A stretch of 64,000 nt of DNA from Candidatus Magasanikiibacteriota bacterium (GCA_963802255.1 CAWDHY010000002.1:83984-147983), one strand, 5' to 3'. Positions 9,026-19,906 are shown, counted from the first letter of the stretch. A program made the numbers and translations. The notes: generated by a model not told the origin, from the letters alone.

Positions 9026-10279
9026 ATGTCGTCGCGTACAGAATCGCTGTCCCGCGGTGACATTTCACTGCGGAAATTAAGGTCAATTAAGAACCATTTC
9101 GCGCTGGCGTCAACAAAATGGATAACACTGGGAAACAGAATATTTTCCATCAGTGACAACAGCGAGAAGGATGAAAATCTGTCCACTCCGAAAAATCGCT
9201 TCGCCAACGACATTGGCTCAATCCTCAAGTCTGAGCAACGCGCCAACCCCGACAGAATAATAACCACATTCGTGTCGGAAATGGGACTTTATCGAAGGGA
9301 CCTCATAGCCCTTACGGAGCGACTCATGCCACAGGCTCTGAGAGAGAAGCTGTGGCCTCTCAGCGAGGATGAAGTTCCAAACGACCCGATAGAACTGCTT
9401 ACGCGAGTCCTTTCAGTTCAATCAGAAGACTCCGTAATTGACCGCGGAACATTTGAAGCGATGCGCGCTCTTGAATTCACCGGGGATTATTTCTTCCTGA
9501 CCACGCAAGTAAACGGGTGGAGGCATGCCGCACCGAAAGCAGACGGCAAAACGCGCGTCACGGATTTTGTGAAATGGCTGAGTGCTGAAGGTGTTATTGA
9601 AGAAAAGAAGCTTGCCATTTATCTTGACCCAAAAGATGAATGGCGATGCGCCGGCGTTGAATTTGACGAACAAGATAAACGACGCCGGAAAAATCACCTT
9701 AAACGCCTTCTGCGCACTGTTGAGGTTCTGAAAATGAAAGCGCTGTTCGGCGACCATGTTCAGGCAATTGTTCAGGCGAGAGCAAAAGACTACATGTCTG
9801 CTTTTGCCAGGCGATTCAGGGACCCACAAGCGCATTTGTTTGAAAGCGTGCCGGACATGTACGGTCTGCGTTTCACCTATCTTGATAAAAAAATGATGAA
9901 AAGAGGTGTGGCGTATCTTGCCGCCCGTGCCGCCATCATCCAAAGTGATGGGTCGGTGAAGAATGTTCAAATTGCGAACCGGCATTCGCACAGAAAACTC
10001 TGCATTCAAAGCCAGTATCTCTATTTGGACGGACGCCGGCGCGAAGTTCAGCACATGCCGGCAAAAAATCTGTACAATATTGAATACTCGCTGGGTCCGG
10101 AAAACCACAGCCTTTACCATTTGCGCTGGTACACAGACTGCCAGTACCCGGGCTTATTCTTTCACCTTTTTCCGCCGGAAATCTACGGCATCAATTGGTC
10201 AGATCCGGTTATCCGACAAGAGATGGAAGCTCACGTCAAGGAGGAAACTCTCCGGAAAATCGAACGAGACCAAACATGA
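9026..10279 (+). CDS. Divergent RelA/SpoT-type nucleotidyltransferase (alarmone synthetase-like) domain protein
   Basis: C-terminal half has RAKDYMS, DMYGLRF, EVQ and a downstream His in synthetase order; SD AAGGAG before ATG at 9026. Confidence 0.55.
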   Translation: MSSRTESLSRGDISLRKLRSIKNHFALASTKWITLGNRIFSISDNSEKDENLSTPKNRFANDIGSILKSEQRANPDRIITTFVSEMGLYRRDLIALTERLMPQALREKLWPLSEDEVPNDPIELLTRVLSVQSEDSVIDRGTFEAMRALEFTGDYFFLTTQVNGWRHAAPKADGKTRVTDFVKWLSAEGVIEEKKLAIYLDPKDEWRCAGVEFDEQDKRRRKNHLKRLLRTVEVLKMKALFGDHVQAIVQARAKDYMSAFARRFRDPQAHLFESVPDMYGLRFTYLDKKMMKRGVAYLAARAAIIQSDGSVKNVQIANRHSHRKLCIQSQYLYLDGRRREVQHMPAKNLYNIEYSLGPENHSLYHLRWYTDCQYPGLFFHLFPPEIYGINWSDPVIRQEMEAHVKEETLRKIERDQT

Positions 10280-10290
10280 CCGCTCTCTCC

Positions 10291-10344
10291 TTGCGCCCCG
10301 TTGCTAGAGGTTATATACTGATAGCAGCGGGGCGCTTTTTCTTT
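10291..10344 (+). terminator. Terminator hairpin containing a sigma70 promoter for rel
   Basis: GCGCCCCGTTGCTA/TAGCAGCGGGGCGC then TTTTTCTTT; TTGCGC (10291-10296), 17 bp, TATACT (10314-10319). Confidence 0.65.
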
Positions 10345-10348
10345 AAAT

Positions 10349-11800
10349 ATGCAACAAAAACAAATTTTACAACATTTGCTTAGAACACTGAAAAAAAACT
10401 GTCCGTCCGAAGATTTAACGGATGTAAAAAGAGCATACGAATTTGTTCGGACGGCCTACGGAGATATGCGACGGGCTTCCGGAAATAAGCAAATTGAACA
10501 TTCTGTAAATGTGGCAACCCTTCTTGCAGAATGGAAACTCTCACCGGATATTATTATCGCCGGATTACTTCATGATATTTTGGAATATTCCAATTATTCA
10601 GAAGATGACATCCGCCAAAAATTCGGACAAAAAATTGCCCGGCTGATTGTCGGTGAAAACCGATTGGATAGCTTAAAATATTGGGGTAAAGAGAGATACG
10701 CGGAAAATTTACGGAGGATGTTCATGGCCATGGCGGAAGACGTCCAAATTATTTTTATTAAATTTGCCGACCGCATTGATAATTTAAAGACGCTCAGCTA
10801 TTTACCGCCGAGAAAACAAGAACGTTTGGCGATGGAAAGCATGCAAATTTATGCCGCCATCGCGAACCGTTTGGGCATGAACAAAATAAAACGGGAACTT
10901 GAAGATTTGTCCTTTTCTTATTTGAAGCCGAAAGAATATGAGGAAATTTTTGAGGTGGTCTCTAATTATTATCATGATGACGGAAAAAGCATGAAAATAA
11001 TTGAAAGTGTCCTGCATGAAGGAGCTAAAACTGCAGGCATTAAAATACTGAATATTGATAACCGGATAAAAAGTTTATACAGTTTGTATGAAAAATTTAA
11101 ATTCCGCAACCGCGACGTAAAAAATGTATATGATATTGCGGCATGCAGGATAATCGTACCGACAATCAGCGATTGTTACGCCATGCTTGGACTGATTCAT
11201 CGCTATTGGAAACCGTTGCCGGGACGCTTTAAAGATTATATTTCCCAGCCAAAACCTAACGGCTACCGGTCTTTGCACACAAATGTATTTTGTGAACGAA
11301 AAGTAGTGGAGTTCCAGGTGCGTACGCCGGAGATGCATGAGGAAGCCGAGTTCGGTATCGCCGCCCATTGGATTTATAAAGAAAAAGAAAAAAATATTAC
11401 GGAAAATATCAGACGGCATACCGTCTGGCTGAAAGAACTGTCGGAAATCCAAATGGAACTGAAAAATAATTTTTCTGTTCCGCAAACAATCCGCTCGGTA
11501 AAAATCGATTTATTTCATAATAGAATTTTCGCCGTGACGCCAAAAGGAGATGTCGTCGACTTGCCCGAGGACGCTACGCCGATTGATTTTGCCTATTCCA
11601 TCCACGCCCAGCTTGGCAATTATTTTCAAAAAGCAAAAGTTAACGGTAAAATTGTACCGATCACGCACAAAATTAAATCAAATGATGTGGTTGAGATTTT
11701 TAAAAATGACAAACCGACGGCAAAAAAATCATGGCTTAAAATTGCGGTGACGAGAAGGGCAAGAAATGAAATCAGGGATTTTTTAAAAATGAAACATTGA
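10349..11800 (+). CDS. RelA/SpoT homolog (HD + synthetase + TGS, no ACT domain)
   Basis: [56 protein letters not shown]. Confidence 0.93.
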   Translation: MQQKQILQHLLRTLKKNCPSEDLTDVKRAYEFVRTAYGDMRRASGNKQIEHSVNVATLLAEWKLSPDIIIAGLLHDILEYSNYSEDDIRQKFGQKIARLIVGENRLDSLKYWGKERYAENLRRMFMAMAEDVQIIFIKFADRIDNLKTLSYLPPRKQERLAMESMQIYAAIANRLGMNKIKRELEDLSFSYLKPKEYEEIFEVVSNYYHDDGKSMKIIESVLHEGAKTAGIKILNIDNRIKSLYSLYEKFKFRNRDVKNVYDIAACRIIVPTISDCYAMLGLIHRYWKPLPGRFKDYISQPKPNGYRSLHTNVFCERKVVEFQVRTPEMHEEAEFGIAAHWIYKEKEKNITENIRRHTVWLKELSEIQMELKNNFSVPQTIRSVKIDLFHNRIFAVTPKGDVVDLPEDATPIDFAYSIHAQLGNYFQKAKVNGKIVPITHKIKSNDVVEIFKNDKPTAKKSWLKIAVTRRARNEIRDFLKMKH

Positions 11801-11810
11801 AGATATATTT

Positions 11811-12863
11811 ATGATAAAAAAGTATCAGGAAATTAAAGATAAATTTGAAGAGCTTGAAGCCGGATTGCAAAATAAGGCGGTGCTTGAGGACCCTGAAAAA
11901 CTCAAAAAAATATCACAGGAATATTCCGACGTCAAACCGGTAGCAGAAAAAATTCTCGCGCTGTATGGTTTGGAAAACAGTCTGGCTGAGGCGGAACTGA
12001 TAATTGCTAAAGAAGACGATGAAGAATTTAAGGGCTTGGCCTATGCTGAAACTGAAGATTTAAAAATTCGGATTGAGGCATTAAATGCGGAACTTGACGA
12101 ATTAACGCGGAAACGAGACCCGATGGATAAGAAGAGCGTTATCGTCGAAATCAGAGCGGCTGCCGGAGGAGACGAATCAGCACTTTTCGCAGCGGAACTT
12201 TACAGAATGTACACTAAATACGCAGAAAATCATAAATGGAAAACTTCATTGGTCGACGCGAGCATGATCGGTATTGGCGGTTTCAAAGAAGTAATATTTA
12301 CGATAAAAGGAGAAAATGTTTATCGCGATTTAAAATATGAAATGGGTGTCCATCGTGTCCAGCGTGTGCCGGAAACTGAAAAATCAGGGCGCATTCATAC
12401 TTCAACGGTAACGGTTGCCGTTTTGCCGGAAATTGAAGAAACTGAAATGAAAATTGACCCGAAAGATTTGCGTATCGATACTTTCTGTGCCGGAGGTCAC
12501 GGCGGGCAAAGCGTTAATACAACCTATTCGGCGGTTCGCATTGTTCATGTACCTACAAATACAATGGTTCAATGCCAAGATGAGAGGTCGCAGGCCGCAA
12601 ACAAGGAAAAGGCAATGCGCGTGTTGCGCTCGAGAATTTTCGAGGTGGAGCGTGAAAAACGTGAAAAAGAATTATCCAGCCAAAGAAAATCCCAAATTGG
12701 CTCCGGCGACAGAAGCGAAAAAATACGTACTTACAATTATCCTCAAGACCGTATTACCGATCACCGCATTAATCAAAACTGGAATAACATCAAGATAGTT
12801 CTGGAAGGCAATATAGAACCGTTAATAGAAGCTCTTCGGGATGCGGATTATAAGAATCAGTAA
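11811..12863 (+). CDS. prfA: Peptide chain release factor 1
   Basis: [12 protein letters not shown] (PxT motif), [14 protein letters not shown]. Confidence 0.97.
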   Translation: MIKKYQEIKDKFEELEAGLQNKAVLEDPEKLKKISQEYSDVKPVAEKILALYGLENSLAEAELIIAKEDDEEFKGLAYAETEDLKIRIEALNAELDELTRKRDPMDKKSVIVEIRAAAGGDESALFAAELYRMYTKYAENHKWKTSLVDASMIGIGGFKEVIFTIKGENVYRDLKYEMGVHRVQRVPETEKSGRIHTSTVTVAVLPEIEETEMKIDPKDLRIDTFCAGGHGGQSVNTTYSAVRIVHVPTNTMVQCQDERSQAANKEKAMRVLRSRIFEVEREKREKELSSQRKSQIGSGDRSEKIRTYNYPQDRITDHRINQNWNNIKIVLEGNIEPLIEALRDADYKNQ

Positions 12864-12873
12864 AACCGGATAT

Positions 12874-14340
12874 ATGTGGAAAAAAATGAAACCACATTTT
12901 CCGCTACTTCTTATTCTTGCTCTGGCGACAGTATTAAGGCTTATCGCAGTATTTAAATACGGCGATTTTTGGGACGATGAAATGTTTAATTTCATTTATA
13001 GCCAAAAATCATGGCCTCAAGGATTTATTTATTGGCTTTGGGAAACCAATCCCCCGCTACATTTGCTGATATTAAAAATTTGGTTCTATTTTTTTCCGGC
13101 TATTGAATTTTTCGCCCGTCTGCCAAGCGTTTTAGCCGGCGTTGCCTCCGTATATGCTATCTACCGGTTCGGTTGCGAAATATTTAATAAAAAAACCGCT
13201 TATATTGCCGCATTTTATCTTGCAGTACATTCTTATAATATCTTTTGGTCCGCAACTTCCCGCGTTTATGCCATTTTTATGCTTTTGGTGTTATGTTCAT
13301 CCTGGTTTTTTTACCGAATATTTTTCACTGATACCGGCAAGCACGGACGGAAAAAACTTGCCATAATAAACTTATTATTAATTTTTGCGCATTTAAGCTC
13401 ACTATTTTTTTTAGCCGGCCAATTTATCGCTTTGCTCGCCATTAAAGGGAAAGCCAGTGTTATTGAGTGGATAAAGATAAATATATTTCCATTTATCGCC
13501 GGGTTTATCTGGATTTCAGCATCATTCATTATTAAATCAGGAAATAATTTAGGGCAAGCCTGGTTTTTAAATATGTCACACTCAATAAGAAGTTCAGTCA
13601 ACCCGCTGATAAACATGTTCTTCGGACTATATCCGCTTATTGCCGGAGCGATACTCGTTGGGGCGGCTATTCTGGCTTTGCTGTTAATGATGATTAAAAA
13701 AATATCAGCTAAAGATACTCTATACTTATTGCTGATAATTATAGCAACCACACCAATCATTTTTTCTTTTGCCTGTAATGTCTGGCATATTAAATTCTTT
13801 ATCAGTGCGCTACCTCTTTTTGTTCTCGCCCTTGCCGAAGCAATTTCAGTAAAAATAAAATTTATTCCCGCATTAATTTTAATTTTATTAATTTGTTTTA
13901 CCGGTTTATACAGGTTATTTTTTATCCTTCCCCTGACCGACTGGAATAACGTGCGAGAATATTTTGTCAGCCATGACAATGGTATAAATACGGTTCTCAT
14001 CTACAACAATTATATTCATAAATCACAAATTGACCGCTATTTACCCGGAAATATTTCAAACCGTTCAATACCTTTACTGCTCTATGAAAATATAAGCTGG
14101 GATAATATGGTGGTAAAAAAGAATTATTTATTTTCATCATTAGACGAAGAAAAAAAAGATGACTGGTATGAACATAATAAATTAAACGATTACGCGCGGA
14201 TAATTCTTTTGCAAGGAGAGTACAGTTATATGAATAAACTTAACCGTATTCTGGAAAAAAACGGCTGGGAAATAGTTGACGGTCCAAAACGGGCGCGCGT
14301 TAGCGGCAGTTACAATTTGTATTATTATGAAAAAAATTGA
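12874..14340 (+). CDS. GT-C (ArnT/PMT-like) integral membrane glycosyltransferase
   Basis: FWDDE after the first TM helix, NPPLH, ARLPSVLAG, many TM segments. Confidence 0.8.
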   Translation: MWKKMKPHFPLLLILALATVLRLIAVFKYGDFWDDEMFNFIYSQKSWPQGFIYWLWETNPPLHLLILKIWFYFFPAIEFFARLPSVLAGVASVYAIYRFGCEIFNKKTAYIAAFYLAVHSYNIFWSATSRVYAIFMLLVLCSSWFFYRIFFTDTGKHGRKKLAIINLLLIFAHLSSLFFLAGQFIALLAIKGKASVIEWIKINIFPFIAGFIWISASFIIKSGNNLGQAWFLNMSHSIRSSVNPLINMFFGLYPLIAGAILVGAAILALLLMMIKKISAKDTLYLLLIIIATTPIIFSFACNVWHIKFFISALPLFVLALAEAISVKIKFIPALILILLICFTGLYRLFFILPLTDWNNVREYFVSHDNGINTVLIYNNYIHKSQIDRYLPGNISNRSIPLLLYENISWDNMVVKKNYLFSSLDEEKKDDWYEHNKLNDYARIILLQGEYSYMNKLNRILEKNGWEIVDGPKRARVSGSYNLYYYEKN

Positions 14341-15217
14341 GGATTTAAAAAAAATATTTGCGCATAATAAGCTTGCCGAAGCTGATATCCTTATTGCGGA
14401 TGCGCTCGGCCGGGATCGCGCTTATGTTCTTGCGCATCCGGAAAAAATGCTGACTATCTGCCAATACTTAAAAGTTATTCGCGCTTTCCGCCTTTTTAAA
14501 AAAGAATGGCCAATCGCATATATAATCAAAACTAAGGATTTTTTTAATTTAGATTTTACCGTCAATAAGCATGTTCTGATACCGCGTCCTGAAACTGAAT
14601 TGCTGGTTGAGGAGGTTTTAAAACAAATTAAAAATCTCCGGACAACAAAAAATAGCGCCACACTGATAGATGTCGGCACCGGCTCCGGATGCATTCCCAT
14701 AAGCATTGCTAAAAATACAGAACAGCCATTAAACATTTTTGGTACTGATGTTTTTCGCTCCGCATTATGCGTAGCGAAAAAAAATGCCAAACGCCATAAT
14801 GTGCAAATTAAGTTAATGCGCGGTAAATTGTTTAAACCTTTCTTAAAAAAATATTCTGCGTTTATCGGCCCCGGCTTCGATGTCTTAATCACAGCCAATC
14901 TTCCCTACCTAACCGACAAATGGGTGGCGCATGAACTTTCAATACGGCGGGAACCGCGCTCTGCACTGGTTGCCGACAACTATTCCGGACTTTCTCTCTA
15001 TGAAAAATTATTAATGCAAATTATTCCGCTTTTTAACGCTAAACCTGATAGTATTTCAATTTTTTTAGAAATTGATCCCCGGCAGTCAATCAGCGCACTT
15101 GAAATGTGTAAAAAATATTTTTCGACTGATAATGAAAGTGCAAAACAAGTAAAAATTGAAATAAAAAAAGACCTCGCAGGCCGTGACAGATTGGTTATAA
15201 TAAAAACCCATTATTAA
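14327..15217 (+). CDS. prmC: Release factor glutamine methyltransferase
   Basis: VLIPRPETELLVE, DVGTGSGCI, NLPY, KDLAGRDR; near prfA. Confidence 0.93.
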   Translation: MKKIEDLKKIFAHNKLAEADILIADALGRDRAYVLAHPEKMLTICQYLKVIRAFRLFKKEWPIAYIIKTKDFFNLDFTVNKHVLIPRPETELLVEEVLKQIKNLRTTKNSATLIDVGTGSGCIPISIAKNTEQPLNIFGTDVFRSALCVAKKNAKRHNVQIKLMRGKLFKPFLKKYSAFIGPGFDVLITANLPYLTDKWVAHELSIRREPRSALVADNYSGLSLYEKLLMQIIPLFNAKPDSISIFLEIDPRQSISALEMCKKYFSTDNESAKQVKIEIKKDLAGRDRLVIIKTHY

Positions 15218-16257
15218 TTTGATACGGTAAAGACGGATTTTTCCGGCACAATCATTATCCACGTTTTCCCCGGTTTAAGATTAATTTCCGCCCCATCTCT
15301 GTCAAAGTATCTGGTCCTGTCTGTCAGAGTATCTTTTTTCCATACTGACCTGATCATAAGGCCATCACGGAACAACCTTGATTCTCCTTCTCCAATTGTC
15401 GCAATTTTTCTTCTTCCGACCGCATCAATTACCGTTACTGTTGCAAATTGGACTATAATATTTGAAGCTATTATGGAAGCATTGTTGCTGTCCAAAAATA
15501 ATTCTCCGTTTAACTTTCGTTCATACGTACCGGACGCCTGATTATATTGCCAGCCAACGACAAATCTTTTTATATATTCAACATCAAAAGAGGAAATATT
15601 TTCTGTTCCTGTCGCAGGTATGATATCGCTAAAATTCCATATGGGCCATTCCGGATACGCACGCTCAGTGCCGTAATCAATAAAATACTCATTCCATTTT
15701 TCACTGCTGGTAAAAAGATTGTATGGAGCATACCGTGTTATATCGCGCCAGAAATACGGGCCCCGAAAAAATTCATTAGCATCAAAAATTTGCCTTTGCT
15801 TAATTTCAGACAATCCCTCCTGCGATCCGCCACAATGCATATAGAGAGCGTCTCCATATTCTTGCACCCAATCCAAATAATACGGGCGGGCGCTCCGGAC
15901 CGGCCCCACTTTTTCGGCTTCCGTATACTCAGGATAAATTGCCATGAACCGGCTAATTCCGCCCTCAACCGGCGCCTCATAGACAACCGGCGCTTCGTTA
16001 AGACCTGATAAGGGATAGGCGTCAGGATTATTATCTATCATTACTCCGACTATTTTGGGTGAGACATATTCTTCTTTTTCTACAGGCAGCCCTGTCAGGC
16101 GGCTTTTATAGGGATTTTCTTTTGCTGTCTCCGACGGCACGACATTCGCCTCATTATTATCGTGATTGATAAAAAAAATAACATAAAATATTACGCAAAT
16201 AACTGCCACAAAAAGGGTGATGGCGGAAATCATTAAAATTAAATCACGATTTTTCAT
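15214..16257 (-). CDS. DUF3048 (YerB-like) membrane-anchored protein
   Basis: N-terminal TM, VMIDN, YEAPVEGGISR, GPVRSARPY, LKPGKTWI. Confidence 0.85.
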   Translation of the reverse strand: MKNRDLILMISAITLFVAVICVIFYVIFFINHDNNEANVVPSETAKENPYKSRLTGLPVEKEEYVSPKIVGVMIDNNPDAYPLSGLNEAPVVYEAPVEGGISRFMAIYPEYTEAEKVGPVRSARPYYLDWVQEYGDALYMHCGGSQEGLSEIKQRQIFDANEFFRGPYFWRDITRYAPYNLFTSSEKWNEYFIDYGTERAYPEWPIWNFSDIIPATGTENISSFDVEYIKRFVVGWQYNQASGTYERKLNGELFLDSNNASIIASNIIVQFATVTVIDAVGRRKIATIGEGESRLFRDGLMIRSVWKKDTLTDRTRYFDRDGAEINLKPGKTWIMIVPEKSVFTVSN

Positions 16258-16283
16258 ACGCCTATAATAATATCATAAAAAAC

Positions 16284-16313
16284 AAAAACACGGAAAGGCA
16301 GCTTTCCGTGTTT
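16284..16313 (-). terminator. Intrinsic terminator after rplY
   Basis: AAACACGGAAAG/CTTTCCGTGTTT stem with T tract on the minus strand. Confidence 0.75.
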
Positions 16314-16326
16314 ATATTCCAATATA

Positions 16327-17022
16327 TTATTTTTCGTCCTTTTTTTCTTCCGTCTGTCCTTTCGCCTCTTCTGTGGCGTCTCCGTCTTCTTCCGCTTTCT
16401 TTGCGGCCGATGATTCAATCTTGGTAACATCTACCGTAGCGCTTGATTCAGCTTCCATCGCATTAATCTGTTCTTCAGTCAACGCCGGTTGTGCTTTTAC
16501 CACTACGGCGTCAGCTGACGGGTCGATAATATTTAAACCAGCCGGCAAATTTAAATCTGATACTTTTATGGAATGGTCAAAAGTAGCCAAAACAGAGAGA
16601 TCTACATCAATATGGTTAACCAAATCTTTCGGCAAACATTCAACTTCAACTTCCTCAAAATTCTTTACCAGTGTACCGCCCAATTCTTTGATAGCCGGCG
16701 CTTCACCGACAAAGACTAATTCCACATTTGCGGTAATCGGTTTGCTCATATCTATTCTTCGTAAATCGACATGAATCGGCCGGCCCTTAACCGGATCAAA
16801 CTGGACACTGTGAACCAAAACCTTACCGGCGTCTTTATTTTCCACCACCAAATCGATCAAACTGGATTCACCGGCTTCATTATATAATTTTACAAAATCA
16901 GAATAAACAAGAGATAGCGATTCGGCTTCTCCGCCGGCTCCATAGATAACCGCAGGCAAAAGACCCTCGTTTCTGACTTTTTCACCTTTTATTTCACGTT
17001 TTGTAGCAGACAATTTATACAT
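16327..17022 (-). CDS. rplY: 50S ribosomal protein L25/Ctc
   Basis: LPAVIYG, VQFDPV..PIHVDL, VECLPKDL. Confidence 0.95.
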   Translation of the reverse strand: MYKLSATKREIKGEKVRNEGLLPAVIYGAGGEAESLSLVYSDFVKLYNEAGESSLIDLVVENKDAGKVLVHSVQFDPVKGRPIHVDLRRIDMSKPITANVELVFVGEAPAIKELGGTLVKNFEEVEVECLPKDLVNHIDVDLSVLATFDHSIKVSDLNLPAGLNIIDPSADAVVVKAQPALTEEQINAMEAESSATVDVTKIESSAAKKAEEDGDATEEAKGQTEEKKDEK

Positions 17023-17023
17023 A

Positions 17024-17359
17024 TCACACTTTCTTTATAATTAAATCATTATTTATATATTTTCTTCCTTCAATTAATTCATCAATGTCAAGCGGCTGTA
17101 AAACGTGAAGCCGTTTTGCGTCCTCAAAGTTTAAGTCGCTTACCATGCCAATAGTACTTATTCCTCCCTGCATCACCAAAACCATCGCTATAAAATTTCC
17201 ACGGCATGATTCACAAGAAATGTGCACCAAATTCGCTTTTTCATTTTGCGCAAACAACCTTGCCTTTTCAGGTACATATGCCACGCCGCAAACCGGGCAT
17301 TTATTTATAAATTTTAAGGCTTCCTGCCATGAAAGCCGACCATTTTTTGCCGGGAACAT
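17024..17359 (-). CDS. Small putative Zn-binding hypothetical protein
   Basis: CPVC and HISCESC motifs; abuts rplY. Confidence 0.75.
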   Translation of the reverse strand: MFPAKNGRLSWQEALKFINKCPVCGVAYVPEKARLFAQNEKANLVHISCESCRGNFIAMVLVMQGGISTIGMVSDLNFEDAKRLHVLQPLDIDELIEGRKYINNDLIIKKV

Positions 17360-17437
17360 AAGTGCCGATATACTATATAATTATTGGATTTTTGTCAATC
17401 CCATTTGCATAGAGCCTGTCAAGAAACGGCAAATTGG

Positions 17438-17725
17438 CTATTTATTCGCTTCACCCGCATTTTTTTTGCCCACCTTAACCAAATAATAGCCAATGACAAC
17501 AACAAGGACAGTTATTAATGCCGCATACACAAACTTGGCCAAAATACCTCCCGTTTCCATCGGAAAAAATATGTCAATAAGACCCTTAATTGCTTCATTC
17601 CAGGCTAAACCCGCAACTAAACCAAAAGCAGCCATAATATAGCCAAGTGTTTTTTCTCTGGCTTCACGGCGGATAGATAAACCGTCTTTTTTTAATTCTT
17701 CAATTTTATTATTTTCATTGTCCAT
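17438..17725 (-). CDS. Small two-TM membrane protein (DUF5654-like)
   Basis: AAFGLVAGLAWNEAIK motif. Confidence 0.75.
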   Translation of the reverse strand: MDNENNKIEELKKDGLSIRREAREKTLGYIMAAFGLVAGLAWNEAIKGLIDIFFPMETGGILAKFVYAALITVLVVVIGYYLVKVGKKNAGEANK

Positions 17726-17770
17726 ATGCTCGGGTGGCGCAGCGAGCATTCTCACTGCGCCAATAATTTT

Positions 17771-19825
17771 TTATTGTAGATCAAACTCTTTAATTTTTTC
17801 CCATTTGCTTTCGTCCAGCACGGTAATATTTTCATTTCCGATCAAATACATGTAATCATCCAGGTAAATAGCCCGCTGCACCTGCGTATCACTTACCGCT
17901 TTTTTGAGTGATAACTCATCATTGTCATATCCAAACACATACCCGCCTTGTCCCCCCGGAATAAAAAATACTTTATGCTTTTCATCTAAAAGAAACGCAT
18001 GATGATTGTTAATAGCTTCGGACCAATACTCGCTTAAAATATATTTTGATGTTTCTTTCGGATTTTCCGGAGAAGTCGCGTCAAAAATCGACAATTTTAC
18101 TTTTCCATCTTCACGCCCAATACCAAGTACCTTGTGATTTCCGAGCGGGTGTAAATATGAAGAGAATCCCGGAATTTTCAGCTCTCCGCGCAGTACGGGA
18201 TTTTTAGGATTAGCTAAGTCTAAAACATAAAATGGATCTGTTTCCCGAAAGGTAACCACATATCCCCGGTCACCCAAAAAGCGCACTGAATAAATACGTT
18301 CGGTTTCGCCTAAATCTTTCACCGACCCAACGACCTTCAAATTATTGTCGAGCACATACACATCACTTACTGTTTTTCCACTGCCGCCAAATCCTCCCAT
18401 TCCCCACCAACGTTCTCCGACTGTCATAGCAACGCGCAAATTCTTTTCGTATTCATCAAGCGAAAATTGGTTAAGTGGATGGCCTGGTACAATCTCGGCA
18501 ATCGCTTTAAAATCATTCAGAGAAATTTTTACTATGCCGGTCATATCCAATTCTCTCCGATGGTTCAAATAAAACTTGTCCATCCGATTGGACATTTCAT
18601 TTTGCATTTTTAGCATATCGTCATTATCAAGCGAATTGGTATATTGTTGCAAAATGGATTGCAATTCTGTTTGTTTTGCATTCGCGCTTAAATCGTATCC
18701 TTTCACCTTGTTAAGGCGTTCCATCACCCAATCCGGCACCAAATCTTTATTTTCGGAGAAGAAATCATAAGCAACTTTTACTGAATCTATCTCTGTCTGA
18801 AAAGTCAGATAAATTGCGTTTTCAGACATATAAAAAACGGTCTGCCCGGATGAACCGACGAAAGCTGTCTTCTTCTCCACTGCTCCGGTCTTGGTATCCA
18901 TTACCAAAAAATTATAGGTAACATCAGCGCCTGAAGCGGAAGTCGGATAATAAATATCAGTACAAGCGATACTAACCTCGTCTTTGCCAACGGTCAGAGG
19001 CACTATCGGACATGGCCTTCCATAATCAACACCACTTTGCGTTGTCAGATAAATTTTATTGTTCATCAAACGGGCGCCAACCAAATTTTCACGGTCGCCC
19101 AATTTGGCAGACCATAATTCTTTCGGGCTGGTTTTATCTGTTACATCATAAGCGTAAATTTTGTTATCACCGGCGAAAACCATCAAAATATTTCCATCCA
19201 GTAAAAGATTCCCATTTTTATCAATCTTGGAATCTTCTTTCATTTCAGCGGGGGGGAATGCGGTAATTAATTTCGTCTCTCCCTGGTTATAGTATGGCGG
19301 GGCAATCATCTTTTCCGCCGAACCGGTCATCGGTGTGGCGCGTAAATATGGATAATATCCGCCAAAACGCGAAAAATATATTTCTTTGCCGTCTGTTTTG
19401 ACAATATCTGGCTCGTCAATACCGGCAACTTGCACATTTGTTTCCGAAACACGGCCTGCCGATGGGGCTGAACTGTCCATGACAGCAGATCCTTTTTCTG
19501 ATATTCCCATTGCTACAGGCTGGGCCATATCTACCGCCATTTCGCGGACGGCAACTCCGCCACCAATACCAAAACTATAATTATTTGTCTGTTGTGAATG
19601 ATCAGCCAGATATTTTTTAAACTCGTCAACAGAAACAAATTTTTTCACTTCCGCTGTTACACCGGATAAATTATCCGCCCCTGAATTTCTTCCAATTATA
19701 CTGTTTTCCAGTACAAATTTTAAGTCACCCCGGGTGGCGGCAAAAACAAGAATCCCCCCGCAAATAACAAAAATCACCGCCAAAATGGCAAAGCCGATTT
19801 TTGTTCCAACTTCTCTGTGAAACAT
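17771..19825 (-). CDS. Secreted beta-propeller domain protein
   Basis: N-terminal TM, TNVQVAGIDEPDIVKTDG, ERIYSVRF, VVTFRETDPFYVLDL, GELKIPGFSSYLHP. Confidence 0.88.
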   Translation of the reverse strand: MFHREVGTKIGFAILAVIFVICGGILVFAATRGDLKFVLENSIIGRNSGADNLSGVTAEVKKFVSVDEFKKYLADHSQQTNNYSFGIGGGVAVREMAVDMAQPVAMGISEKGSAVMDSSAPSAGRVSETNVQVAGIDEPDIVKTDGKEIYFSRFGGYYPYLRATPMTGSAEKMIAPPYYNQGETKLITAFPPAEMKEDSKIDKNGNLLLDGNILMVFAGDNKIYAYDVTDKTSPKELWSAKLGDRENLVGARLMNNKIYLTTQSGVDYGRPCPIVPLTVGKDEVSIACTDIYYPTSASGADVTYNFLVMDTKTGAVEKKTAFVGSSGQTVFYMSENAIYLTFQTEIDSVKVAYDFFSENKDLVPDWVMERLNKVKGYDLSANAKQTELQSILQQYTNSLDNDDMLKMQNEMSNRMDKFYLNHRRELDMTGIVKISLNDFKAIAEIVPGHPLNQFSLDEYEKNLRVAMTVGERWWGMGGFGGSGKTVSDVYVLDNNLKVVGSVKDLGETERIYSVRFLGDRGYVVTFRETDPFYVLDLANPKNPVLRGELKIPGFSSYLHPLGNHKVLGIGREDGKVKLSIFDATSPENPKETSKYILSEYWSEAINNHHAFLLDEKHKVFFIPGGQGGYVFGYDNDELSLKKAVSDTQVQRAIYLDDYMYLIGNENITVLDESKWEKIKEFDLQ

Positions 19826-19906
19826 ATGATTTAATTAATTACTTAAAATAATTTTTATGTATTAATAACGTTTTAGCAGAAAAAAAGTGACTAATAACGT
19901 TTGAAA

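Noticed and set aside
10306-10311. AGAGGT next to the stem in hairpins at 10293, 49784 and 63229
   Set aside because: Only 6 bp and in opposite orientation relative to the genes; likely chance.
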